From Chiloscyllium plagiosum (lineage: Eukaryota): a DNA stretch of 50,000 nt. Each line of letters starts with the position of its first letter. Position 1 is the first letter of the stretch. Shown here piece after piece: positions 12,901-24,710 of this stretch. Below the pieces are notes generated by a model. That model did no database searches. It worked only from the letters and a program-made list of their open reading frames with translations, and was not told the DNA's origin. A program made the translations under genes and the position numbers. The stretch covers positions 1 to 50,000 of the forward strand of contig NW_025214733.1 in assembly GCF_004010195.1 (NCBI RefSeq), read 5' to 3'.

Positions 12901-13456
12901 GGAGATGAAATTCAAGTTTGGTGGGGCTTGCAACAAATGGTAGCAGATCAGCCACAAATTGCTCATCCCATCTGACATTCCACTGATGACGTGTATTTAT
13001 ACAGCACCTCCAGATGATTCTCAAGTGTTATAAAGCAAAATTTGACAGTAAACCACATTAGACAATATTTAAAGTCTGTTTAAAGTAGGTTTTAAGGAAA
13101 GCCCTTAGGGAGAAAAGTGAGGGCTGAAAACGTCTCAGGATGGAGTTCTAATACTTTGAGCTGAGCAGTTGGACTCATACGCATCAATGTTGGAGCAATT
13201 AAAATTGGACATATTCAAGAGATCACAATTCGGTGAGTACAGATACCTCGGAGGGATTAAAAAGGAAAGGCTTGCATTTATTTGTACAGTGCCTTTACAT
13301 CATCGCTAAGTTCCAAAGTGCTTTACAGCCAATGAACTCGTCTTGAACTAAGGTCACTGTTGTGTTACATGAAATGGGGCAGCCAGCTTGTGAACAGCAA
13401 TATGATAACAGAATGCCTGTCCTTGTAAGGCTGGTTGCTGAATAAAGTGGATTAAG

Positions 13457-13780
13457 GGTGATGGCCTAGTATATTATCATTAGACTGTTATTCCAGAGAT
13501 CCAGGTCATGTTCTGAAGACTGAGGTTTGATTCTTGCCACGGCAGACGGAGGAATTGGAATTCAATAAAAATCTGGAATTAAGAGTTGAAAGATGAATCC
13601 ATTGCCGATTGTTGGAAAAACACATCTACTTCACTAAACTTCTTTCGGGAAGGAAACTGCCTGGTCTGGTCAACACATGATTCCAGACCCACAGCAATAT
13701 GGTTGACTCTTAAATGCCCGCTGGACAATAAGTGCTGGGCCAGCCAGCGATGCCCTTGTACCATGAACAAATAAAAAAAA
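13457..13780 (+). mobile_element. Near full-length tRNA-derived SINE with LINE-derived 3' tail
   Basis: A/B-box-like head (TGGCCTAGT..., GGTTTGATTCTTG), central GGAAGGAAACTGCC...CCAGACCCACAGCAATATGGTTGACTCTTAA, and tail CAATAAGTGCTGGGCCAGCCAGCGATGCCC..CCATGAACAAATAAAAAAAA. Confidence 0.75.
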
Positions 13781-15299
13781 ATGACCATGACACCAGGGAT
13801 AACACCCTTTTTTGTACTCCATACCACACATATGTCCACCTTAAAGAACAGACACAACCTCAACCGAATGTCGCATCTGAAAGACTGCACCTAGGGTAAC
13901 ACAGCACACCTTCAGTACGAATTTGGAGCATTCTCTTAGATTATTGGGCTATCATTTCTAGTGCAGAATTTGAACACAACTTAATGATTTAGAGGCAAGT
14001 GTACAACTCACTGAGGCACAGATAGCTGAATGGCCTTCTGCTTTGGTGTATGACACATAACATGATTAGGAAAATCGGTAGAATGCGAGGATGATGTTGA
14101 TCTGCAAACGGCAACTGATGCTGGACTAATTGTTAATTCTAAATCTGAGATTGGTAGATTTTGTTAATCAAAGGTATTAGGAGGTACAGGGCAAAGGTAG
14201 GTGTATACAGTTAATTTGCAAATTAGCAACCATTTCAATAAATGGTAGAACAGGCTTGACAAGCTAAATGGCTGACTACTGTTCCTATAACAGGTACATC
14301 TGAAGTTAACTTCTAAAGTTAAATTTCATCTCGAACAATGCTTGTATTTGGAATATATATAAAAAGATTTCCCCCCAAAAAATACTTTATTCTTCACACT
14401 TATGAAAATATATTTTGTAATAGTTCAACATTGTCTTTACTTAAAGTGCAAAATAGATCAGTTTCTTTCAATACAGCGTGTGACATACTGAGATGCATTT
14501 CTACACATGTGGATACAGTTTATATTCGTTTCACGTCAACTATACAACCCAAAAGGTTTTTACATAGTTTCCAGCTCCTGGTGTTTCCCCATTGTGTTTC
14601 TGCAGCAGGTGGGCCAAGTTCTGGTACTTCTCTCAACACACAGCGCAGGAACTCGGAAACTGCCAGACTGTAATACTAGATTGTTGATTGCTCTTTGCAT
14701 GGGTCAACCTGAAGGTTTTAGGCAGACAAAAATGTATCTTTTACTGTGATGATGGCCCTCCAGCTGCTGATGTTGAACTTTACACATTTCTGGAAACAGC
14801 CTGTAGTGCACAGAATTCTACATTATGGAGCTGCTCAAGATGAATCTTGGCAAAAAACATTTAACCTTTTTCCAGATCTATTTTTAAGGAATGTGTTTTT
14901 GAAAAGCAAAGGTGCTTGGCTATCCCTTCACCACCTCACTCAGCATGTGGAGGAATTCTCACCACGAGCAAAGCTACACCTTGGAGTTAGCTTAATAGTT
15001 CTGACACTTAAGCCTTCAGCAAAAGTATGTCAACAGTTTGCTCAACATTAGGATCTATTCTATCTTCCTCCTACAGGGCCTCAGATGTTACACACTGACC
15101 ACAGCCTGATGGACTCTGATCAAAGATGACTTTTCTACAGAAACATTTTCAGAAGGGATAGGTGGTACACATGCATATGGTCTAACTGACCTGAGCACGT
15201 CCCAGCACCTTCAAATAATCTGATATAACAGTGAATGGGGCAGAAGATCATTCAGGCTAGTTCCCAAAGAACACAGCTGCACTTTTGCCAAGGTTTACT

Positions 15300-15720
15300 C
15301 TGTGAACTTACAACAGAGTCAAGATGTTGATACCATCTATGCACAGGGGCCTTTGACCTTCACAGCTCTGGTCTTGAGTTTATCAACCCTCTTACACTCA
15401 GCAAAAACAAAACACCACACAAACAAAGCAGACAAGAGAGGGCAGCCCTGCTTGATTCTAAATTTGAAAGGAAATCTTCTGATTCCTTTCTCGGACTGAA
15501 ACTGCACTACTGATCTTTATGTAGAACAATTCAAATCAACTATAGATTCCTTCCCCAAAACCTATTTTGAAGAGCACACCCATTGTCTGTGTCTCTGGGT
15601 ATTTTGTCAAAGGCCTCTTCATTGTCCAAACTGGTGATGCATGATTCCATACTCCTGTACTGCATATCAACAATCAAATACCTGAGTAGCATGAGCTGAA
15701 AGCAGTGCAGGTATGATCCA
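15300..15720 (-). mobile_element. Highly decayed Tx1/L1-clade RT fragment
   Basis: Minus-strand SLDNEEAFD (15606-15634; compare SLDQEKAFD) and RIKQGCPLLSALFV (~15420-15459; compare GVRQGCPLSP.LF), in the expected order. Confidence 0.65.
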
Positions 15721-16540
15721 GGTCGCTAACTCCAGAACAAACTTGTCCAATTAGTGATAATCTTGGTCTGAATTTCACTGCAGACATGTGACCTCTTTGA
15801 AGAATGCATATGCTACTCAAAAAAGTTACTGCAATCAAGTGACTCATTTAGTGATGATACCAACAAACATTTGATAATTTGTTCAGTGAGGCTAGTTGTG
15901 CCTATTCACAAGAGCAAGTAACTCAGCTGCATGGACCTTCTCAATTTCTCAAACTTTTTACGCAAACGATGTCAATTGGAGGGATCGCCGATTTCATGCG
16001 TTTTCAATTACTGATACGCCTGAAAATACCAAAATAAAGCATTTGTTTAAAAATACGTCCGCGAAATAATCAACATACCACCTTAAAACCCACAGCAAAG
16101 GCATTTACGTACGATGCATACTTGTATCACGTGAACTGAAAATATTAGCAAAATGCAAAAGAATGTATTTTTAAAAGACCTTAAACGCATTGAATTCTCC
16201 GAATCAACCACTCGTCATCAGCATCATTATTTCCATTAAAACCTTAAAGGCTTTACCGCCAAAATGACGTAGAGGAACCCCCGAGGCCTTTGGCGCTTTC
16301 TGCCGACTGCAATTATGCATTCACCCAACTTCCACCCCCCACTTTCAAAAATAAATTGATGGAAAAATACACGAAAATTAATGCTTACGAATTTATTTTT
16401 GCGTCGGCCGAGAGACTCCGTCCCCTTTTTCTCTGTGAAGGTACTGTACTGCCTTACTGTGGGATACAGACAGACATACACAAAGCGGCGAGGCTGGGGC
16501 CATCTGCTGCTGGCAGGGGAGGGGTTCCAGGCGGCGGCAC

Positions 16541-16554
16541 GTTACCATAGCAAC
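16541..16554. promoter_or_regulatory. RFX X-box GTTACCATAGCAAC
   Basis: Matches the 14-bp imperfect palindrome GTTRCC-AT-RGYAAC bound by RFX factors, and sits inside the CpG-rich region. Confidence 0.7.
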
Positions 16555-16723
16555 ATCAGGGGATTTCGTGGCGTTCTTTGGAGTTTCTCGCTTCTTGGTT
16601 CGGCTGAGAAGCAGCTGCTAGCTCAAGATTCGGAAAGCAAAGGGAAAAGGATATACATATAAATAAATATTCAAAATAGGTGGAAGCAGTTTCATAGACT
16701 GCAGCGCTACGTGTCGGAAAATC
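16555..16723 (+). other. Candidate non-coding first exon of FOXN2 (5' end not determinable)
   Basis: ATG-free stretch just downstream of the X-box, ending at donor ATC|GTGAGT (16724-16729). The start coordinate is a guess. Confidence 0.5.
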
Positions 16724-18504
16724 GTGAGTATCAACATATTATTTTAAATGAGAAGTGGGTGCCTTTAATAAAGGAATCGAGGAGCAGTTTGGTTTCTAAC
16801 TATGAGAGCCACTGAGGTTCCCCTCGTGCTTCGAACTGTATCCTTTTCTCCTTGTTCAAAGAGAACGTTCCCTGGGAATCGGTGTCCGAACGTTCGAACT
16901 ACGCCAGGCTGAGCTTGCACTTTCTAACACACCAAAAATCTTGTCCTACTTAGAAATTATTTTTAAAATGTACACCGTGGGTGGATTTTGACTACTTCCC
17001 CCTTCCCTCCACGAGCTGCGTTTTCATGATTTTAGTATGGTAAAGTGTAAAGCTATTTTTAAGGCCAACCTGAAAATGCGTTGTTTTTTTTAAATTTAAA
17101 ATGATTTTTTGCGAACTTTATACTTTTTTTACGTGAGAAGTCGTAATCGTGTAATATTTGATTGGATTCGGATGCATGTAGCATTTTCCGTTTTGTCGTG
17201 TCGCCTTTAACTTCCTCATTATGAGTCGTTTTTATTTTTGTGATCTTTTTTCTTGGTCGGTGCATTTGAGATTTGTCTGTTTGAACTGGCTAGTTAGTCC
17301 AACGCTTTTGGTTACAGACGAAAATAAACATTCGCCGATTATTTTCTTTAAAAACCATTTGTTTAACGGGGGCCCGGATTCTAGGCCTGGCGGAGAATGG
17401 GAAGTTCGGTAGACGGGTTCTCGATCGTGTCAGTTTCCTGAATGAGATGTTGCAGCTTGTCGAGAGAGCGCTGAAAACTGACAGGTCCACGTGGTCGGAA
17501 TGAGGAGACAGGAAGCGCCACCGCCCGGCCTTAGTGAGATAGCCCTCAGCCTGATTTCCTCTCCACCACCACCACTCCCCCCCCCCCCCCCCCCAAAAAA
17601 AAACACTTTATGGTAAATCAAACTCTCTTCGCCATGTCCGTATATCTGTTCTCCCCACCCAAAATAAATGATGTACAATCTCATGCGGCTTGGCTAAACA
17701 AACGCAAGGATTTCTGCAGGGATTGGCCGAAAGGTTTTCTTTCCTTTAGGACTTAAATTGTCAATTGATCGAATCCTTGCTAGAATACCATTTAACCGCT
17801 GTGTATCTTGGATAATGCGATTAACATTCTTCAAGAAATTCAGTAAGATTATTGGTGAAGCAGTACTAAGACAATCATAATTACTGTACAGAGGAAGTCT
17901 GGATGCTAAAATTCGTGTATTGCAGGTTTTATACGAGATTTTTCAACTCTAAATATTTTCCACTCCCATAGGCCACACTTCATGCTTGACTTCATGGCCA
18001 ATTCACAATTGTCATCCAAATAACCTTCCTTAATGTGTTAGCTTGGATAATGCTTAGCGTCATTGAAGAAGCATCACTGACAAGCTCCATCTTGTCATTT
18101 TTAAACGAGCATATACAAACAATTCAATTGGAGCTTCCCCTTGGGGCACAAAGGTCAATATTTTGCCCCTATAGCCTGGCTGAGAACAGTTGTCGATTTG
18201 CCATGTTTGGATTACTTTATTGCATGTAAGCTACTGCTTGGGAATATACATGTGCATTAATAAGGTTGTATTGAATATGCAGCACAGGCCATTCAGCCCA
18301 ACCACTCGAACCACTTCAGCTTCCTCTCATCTTTCCACATCTAAACCGAACATAGAAACATCTCTCTCAAATGGATCTATACTTTTGCTTCAACAAATCT
18401 GAAAGTGAGTTCCCCATTCCCTGTTCAGTAGGCTAAATGCTGCTCAAATTTCAAATATACACAGGTTCCAGAATTGCCAACAAATTTTCCTTCTGTTGGG
18501 TATA

Positions 18505-18615
18505 GGGGGTCTTGTGGCACAGTAGTAGTGTCCCTACTTCTGACCTAATGAGGTTTGGGTTCAAGTTCCATCTGCTCCAGAGGTTTGTAATAATATCTGA
18601 GCAGCCTGATTACAA
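18505..18615 (+). mobile_element. Short (~110 bp) tRNA-derived SINE
   Basis: A-box TGGCACAGTAG and B-box GGTTCAAGTT. A second copy lies on the minus strand at 36840-36957. Confidence 0.6.
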
Positions 18616-18914
18616 AAGATATCAATTCCTGAGGTGTGGCATGGTGTCAAAACTGATCATCTGCTGACTCCCAAATCCAGCGGAGATAAATGACTTTTTA
18701 TAACTGAGGGAGGAGTCATGGATTAAATTAATTTCCTCTAAATATAATCTTGTATATATTGAATATGTAAGCATGGAAGAAAACAATGCATTCATATATT
18801 TTAAATGTCCTCAACTTCTCACATGGCTTTTGAGGAAGCAATCGCATATTTCAGCTTGGATATTCTAGTGCTTTCTACCCATCAATAATCTGAATAGAAT
18901 GTACTCTAACCCCT

Positions 18915-19040
18915 CAAGAAGGGCTAATGCCCGAAACGTCGATTCTCCTGTTCCCTAGATGCTGCCTGACCTGCTGCGCTTTTCCAGCAACACATTTCCA
19001 CCTCTGATCTCCAGCATCTGCAGACCTCACTTTCTCCTCA
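18915..19040 (+). mobile_element. Penelope-tail fragment (family A), 5'-truncated inside the hammerhead core
   Basis: AAGAAGGGCTAATGCCCGAAACGTCGATT...GATGCTGCCTGACCTGCTG...CCAGCATCTGCAGACCTCACTTTCTCC. Confidence 0.85.
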
Positions 19041-19976
19041 CCGCTTTACTCTATTTAACTATCCATGGCCATTTCCATCCTGAGTGCTCCATTCTTTTCA
19101 TTCAAAGGGCAAGCTTCTCTCAGGCTGTTCTGCTGGTGACATTGTAATATGACATTATTCAGTAATAGCTCAGGGGTGACAATCATACCACAAATAAACC
19201 TGTTGGACTATAACCCGATGTTGTGTGATTTTTAACATTCTACTTGTGAAGGAGAACATTAGCCAGGGTTCATGTTTCTAATCACTATCCACAAGCTCCC
19301 ACAGTGTAGTAGCCCACCAATACTCATTGCGTGGACTACTGCACATCTCAGACAAAATACTCAATGACTATTCGTTTCTGTAAGGCTATTGAGCTACTAC
19401 CTAAAGAACAAAAAGGGAGAAAAAAAAATTATGTTTGTATATGCAATGATGGTTAATATTACTCTTCAGTTCTTTCTGCCCGAAAATAGTTCTGATCCAC
19501 AGGTTAGGCAACAAGGAAGGTCTTCATTCCACTCTGTACTACTGGCACCTATCTGACTCTTAGCCATCCAACCCAACTGTCTCTTAAAGAGTTTTGAGTT
19601 TCTGTGATAACATGCACATTTATATGCATATTGTAGTTCGAAGGTATGAATAGTAATGGTAAAAGTTCTAATAATTGTTCTATCACATGGCTGACCATGA
19701 ATTTCTCCCACTGTTGTAACTTCTGCTAACATACTCTAAGGCAAGAGGCAAGTTAATACGCAACCTATTTTGGGGGCATTTGGGGGCTATTGAGTCCTGG
19801 AGTGGGACCTGAACCTGGAGTTTATATCTCAGAGGAAGTGATACTACTCACTGTGTCACAAGTCCTTGAACATAGTATCGTTATAGATGATAAAGCTAGC
19901 TTTTTCAACAGAATCCTTTATTTCAGGAAAGTTTTCGAATTCTGTTTAAGTCTGTCTTTTCTTATTTAAATTGCAG

Positions 19977-20056
19977 GACTTCAATTGAAATGACTATCTT
20001 GTGCTGACATTGACCAGTTGAAGTTTGATTGAACTGATTAGAATATAATCCTTTGG
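19977..20056 (+). other. Candidate second non-coding (5'UTR) exon of FOXN2
   Basis: Acceptor tctgtcttttcttatttaaattgcag|, an 80-nt exon, then consensus donor TGG|GTAAGT (20057-20062). Lies in unique sequence between the promoter and the coding exon. Confidence 0.55.
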
Positions 20057-20864
20057 GTAAGTGTGAAAGATTATGATGTCACTGCACTTTTCTTCCAATG
20101 GTTATTTTCTTTTTATTTCCTACTGTAAATTTGTACAGTGGCAGCAGCACATGTACTTGTTGGTCACCATTACTGACACTTTGCAATCAATGATGCAAGC
20201 TAGGCCAACACTTTTCCTAGCCATTATTAAATACTTCAATACAAGCATTGAAAATATCAAGTTATCTGAGATTTCTGCATTCCCCCAACTAAATTGTTTC
20301 ACTATTGCTGTGCCTTCAGTTGCCTAGGCCCAAGGTCTGGCATTCCCTCCCTTCCACCTCTGTACCTTGGTTTTAACTTAAAGTATTTGTTAAAATCTAC
20401 TACTTTGATCAAGTTTTCTGCAGTCCTCACTTTTGCCTACTTTGATCAAGTTGTCAGACCTAATATTTTCTTGGCTCACTGTCACACTTTGTTTTATAAT
20501 GCTCCTGTGAAATGCCTGTGCTATTTCATAATGTTAAAAGTGTATATAAATACAGCTTGTTGTAACTTAAGAGGAATCTTGCCTCTTTTAGTCATTTCTT
20601 TTTATGGTTAAAGAGCCCTAGTTTCTTGAATTGTCCCTCATAACCTAATTACTAGCCTTCTGATTACACTGTACACCATCATGACTACAATGTGATTGCT
20701 CTCTTTCACTGTCCTCTTCACTACTCCTACTCTTCATCTCTGCCCTCAACATTTTAAGTCGACTTGGAGTTTTCAGTTCCAATTTCTGAAATTCAAGAAC
20801 TGTTTCTCTTTCACCCTTTTTTTTGGGAGGGCTTTGCTTAATTTTCTTTTTCCTCTGCTTTTAA

Positions 20865-20996
20865 CCGTTTATCTCTCAGCCCCCTTGGGCTAGAAGCCTA
20901 ATTCCTGATGAAGGGCTTATGCTTGAAACATTGATTCTCCTGCTCCTCGGATGTTCCCTGACTGGCTGTGCTTTTCCAGCACCACACTCTCCAACT
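20865..20996 (+). mobile_element. Penelope-tail fragment (family A) with CpG-decayed hammerhead
   Basis: ATTC-CTGATGA(20905-20911)-AGGGC-TTAT-GCTT-GAAAC-ATT-GATT, followed by the family A tail. Confidence 0.8.
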
Positions 20997-21203
20997 TGCT
21001 CACTTGCTATAAAACTTCCAAAGTGACTACTTCTGCTCCTGGGAAACTCTTAGTGACTGAAAGTGCCATTATTACACAAGCGTACCCTATTCAAACCAAC
21101 CAAATGCAACACCCGAAACAAAAGACACCAACACTGCCTTTGAATCCAATTATCCTAAACTCAACCTAGAATTAGGATTTTGATCCCGGATATGCCCCTA
21201 GTT

Positions 21204-21564
21204 TGTTATGGACCAGACTAAACCTCCTCAAAATATATTAAGGAGATAGCTTAGACCTTAACTCTTTCTTATTTTAAAGGCAAGTGCCAGGTGCTGGCTT
21301 GGATGCAATTTGATTGGTCAAACTACCAGATTTGAAGTAAAATACACTACAGCTAAAATAAAAACAAAATTAAAATAAAATAAAAGAACTGGCTTACTTA
21401 CAACTCTATTGAAGTGATTAACAAATTAATCAATATATAAACTCCTCCTACTAATTAATCCAATATAGTAACTTCCGATAAACACACTCTAGGTAAAGGC
21501 AAATTCAGCAATATCGATTGTCTCACCGGCAATTCTCTAGATCAGGAGGAAAGAAACATTGATT

Positions 21565-21610
<46 letters not shown>

Positions 21611-21904
21611 TGTATTTATATTTATATATATCTATAGCAGGGAGCAGCTTCCAAACCCAGGTTCATGACCCCAGAAATTGATGCTAAAATGAAAGATCCT
21701 AGTTCTGTGGGAGCTTGACGACACCCATTAGGCTGCTTCTATTGTACCAACTTGGGGGGGGGGGGGGGGGAAGACAACCAAGACCTCACAAACTGCTTAC
21801 TTTGGGCTTTGAAGCAAAGTGATATGCACCTCAGATCTTAACTTTTCTTAATTTAAAAAAAGAAGACAAAATACACCTCTTAAAGTCATAGTATCATTAC
21901 AACA
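21204..21904. mobile_element. Possible solo LTR
   Basis: ~700-bp block beginning TGTTATG and ending ...ATTACAACA, with distinct composition. Flanks AGTT/AGTA form only an imperfect TSD. There is no second copy to confirm it. Confidence 0.35.
21569..21606. repeat. (TG)n microsatellite
   Basis: About 19 perfect TG units, followed by a short TA-rich run. Confidence 0.95.
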
Positions 21905-21929
21905 AGTATCTCGAGGCCTATTAGCTGTC

Positions 21930-23090
21930 ACAAGTAATATGGAGAATTTTAGAAGTAATTAATGACATAATAAGTACACTTGTAAAATCACAATGAGATG
22001 AGACAGAATCAGCATGATTCGTCAAAGGGAAACTGATAAATCTATCCAGTGTTGATAAGAAGGAACTGTTGTATATCTAGATTTTAAGACGACCTTTGAT
22101 AAGATGCTTTAGAGGAAGTTGTTTCACAACATTAGAGATCATAGATCTAAAATAATGTATTAATATGGGTTGAGGATAGGTCTTTACATAGAAATAAAAT
22201 AGTAGAAATTTAATGGTTTACTTTCAGAATGTCATGTTGTAACACAGATCAGTGTAGGCTCAGCTATATACAGTCTACGTTAATAACTTAGATGCATCAT
22301 GCTTAGTCCTCTCATTCAGGTAAATATGTAAGCTGTGAGGAGGACGCAAAGAAGCTGAAAATAAATATAGATCAGTCAGCAAGTTTGTAGCAGATAGGGT
22401 AAAATATCAGAAAGTGTGAAATTATCTAGTTTGGTAGGAGGAATGGAAAAGTAGAATTGTTTTCAAATGGTTGGAGACTGGAAATGTTAAAATTTCAAAG
22501 AATTTAGAAATTCTGATACACAAAATACATCAAGATGATATACAGGTACACTAAGCAATTAGGAAGTCAAGTGGCATGTTGGCCTTCATAGCAAGGGGGT
22601 GAGAGCATAAGAATACAGAAATCTTGTTGCAATTTTGTTGAACTTTACAGAGACCGCCTTACAGGGAGTGCAATAAAATCCACTAGAATGATTTTTCAGA
22701 TGAGAGAGAAATTCTATGCAAAGAGGTTGAGTAGAATGAGCCTATGAAGTTTGGAAGAGATGAGAGAATGAGCTCAACTGAAACATAAAATTCTTAGAAG
22801 GTTTGACAAGGCAGATGAGGCAGCTGTGTCTCTAGTTATTCTAAAACAAGGAGTAATCATTTTAGGATAAGCGTTTGATCATTTAGGATTGAGATAAGAA
22901 GATATTTCTTCACTGAGGATTTGAATTTTTGGAATTCTGTGGATGCTTAGTTGATGAGATCAAAACGCTTTTGGGCACTAAGTGAATCAAGATATGTGAC
23001 AATAGGACAGAAAAGCAAAGGTGATCTGAAGTTCATTCATGATCTTATAAAATGGTGCAGGTTTGATGGCTTTCCTTTGTTCTTTTGAAG
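21930..23090 (+). mobile_element. Old, heavily decayed CR1 LINE (RT to 3' end)
   Basis: Remnants of CR1 motifs in order: AGACAGAATCAGCATG, TATCTAGATTTT...CCTTTGATAAG (YLDF.KAFDK), AAGTGTGAAATTATC..TTTGGTAGGAGGAAT. Confidence 0.75.
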
Positions 23091-23489
23091 GAAAAATAAT
23101 TTGAGGGGGACAACAGAGGGTTCTGTTCCCCATGGAACCAAGCACTTTAGCATGATTCACTGATTTCTTATGTAAGAAGGAACATTTTGTTTAATTAGAA
23201 GAATTTTGGGGGGGGGGGGGCACAAAGACAAGATGGGAGCGTGAGATCTTGGTTTTAAATGTGGTTGAGTTCTGAGCAAGTTACTTGTTGGTAGAAACTA
23301 GTGGGAAAAGAATTTTTATTGTCCAATTCAGCATTGAGCCAATGTGTCTGCTACTGTCAACAATAAAACCATTGCACATTCAATATTCTAAGCAGGACAT
23401 TCAGTTCACACAAAAGCTACAAAATGCTTCATTTTGTATGAACCAGTCATTTATTAATTTTCTCTGGTTTGAAATCAAATTCCTTAACT

Positions 23490-24710
23490 TTAGCTGTGTT
23501 GTGAAGGGTTTCGGAATATATCATGATATGGAAGAATTGCATGTAATCTACAGGTATTCTCATCCTGTTTGATTTCTTCACGATGTCAGAAAGTATTAAT
23601 ATATAAGGTAATATTCCTTTAGTTAGGGGTAGTCTATTAGCTTGGATAAAGGATTGCAGGAACTTGGGATTAATGAATCCTTTTGAGGGTGGCATGAAGT
23701 TACTAGTGGGGTGCTACAGGGTTTGGTCCTCAAGGCTCCAAATATTTACAATCTATGTTGACTTGGATGTAGGTAGAAAGTAATAGAGCCAGAGTTGCAG
23801 ATCTGACAAAAATAGGTGAGAAAGTAGGTTGCAATGAAGAAATAAGAAATTTACAAATGGTTATGGAAAGGTTGGGTGAATGGGCCAAAACTTGGCAGAT
23901 GAAGTTTGAATAAGTGTGACATTATCCATTTTGGTCAGAGGAATAGAAAGGCAGCTTATTATCTAAATGGAGAGAAACTTCAGAGTGCTTTGGTGCAGAG
24001 GGATCTGAGTCTATTCTTGCATGAGCTCCAGAAAATTAATATGCAGGTGCAGCAGGTAATAAAGAAGGCAAATGTAATTTTGGCATTTTATTGCTAGAGA
24101 AACAGTGTATAAAAGTAGGCAGGTGTTGCTGCAACTGTACAAGGCATTAATGAGACTACATCTGGACTATTGCATATAATTTTGGACCCCTGACTCAAGG
24201 AGGCAAATAGCTGTACTGGAGGCAGTTCAAAAGAGGTTCACAAAATTGATTCTAAAGTTGAGGGATTTGTCTTGTGAAGAGAGATTGAGCAGTTTAAGCC
24301 TATACTGTCTGTAGTTTAGATGAATGAGGATGTCTAATTGAGACATATAAGATACTAGAGGAGATTGGCAAAGTACTTGCAGAAACAATGATTCCACATG
24401 TGGGACAATCTAGAACAAGAAGTTGTAGTTATAGGACAAGTGGTAGCCAACTTAAAAGATGAGAAAAAATTACTTCTCTCTTCAAAGGTTGTCAATCTTG
24501 GATTTCACAACCTCTGAGCAGTACTATGGATGCCGGGACATTTTGTAAACTTAAGGAGGCGATAGACAGATTTTTAGTTGGTAAGGGGTTGAAGGGTTAT
24601 GGAGTGGGCAGGAAAGTGGAGTTCGGGCAGAGACAAGATCAACCATGATTGTATCAAATGGCTTAAGGGGCTAAATTACCTACTCTTGTTTTCCTAGTTC
24701 TTATGTGCTA
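23490..24710 (+). mobile_element. Decayed CR1 LINE (RT to 3' end)
   Basis: VTSGVLQG-like sequence at 23700, KCDIIHFGQRN, VQRDL and LEAVQKRFTKLI, with tail TTCTTATGT. Confidence 0.85.

Larger units (their letters stand above)
15960..17700 (+). promoter_or_regulatory. CpG-rich promoter region of FOXN2
   Basis: CpG density rises sharply against CpG-depleted flanks and no recognisable repeats are present. Contains TCACGTGA (16127-16134), TGACGT (16265-16270), an X-box (16541-16554) and CACGTG (17488-17493). Lies ~12 kb upstream of the first coding exon. Confidence 0.75.

Noticed and set aside
16401..16405. GACGC (FoxN FHL motif) on the minus strand, suggesting autoregulation
   Set aside because: A single 5-mer in a CpG-rich region is expected by chance.
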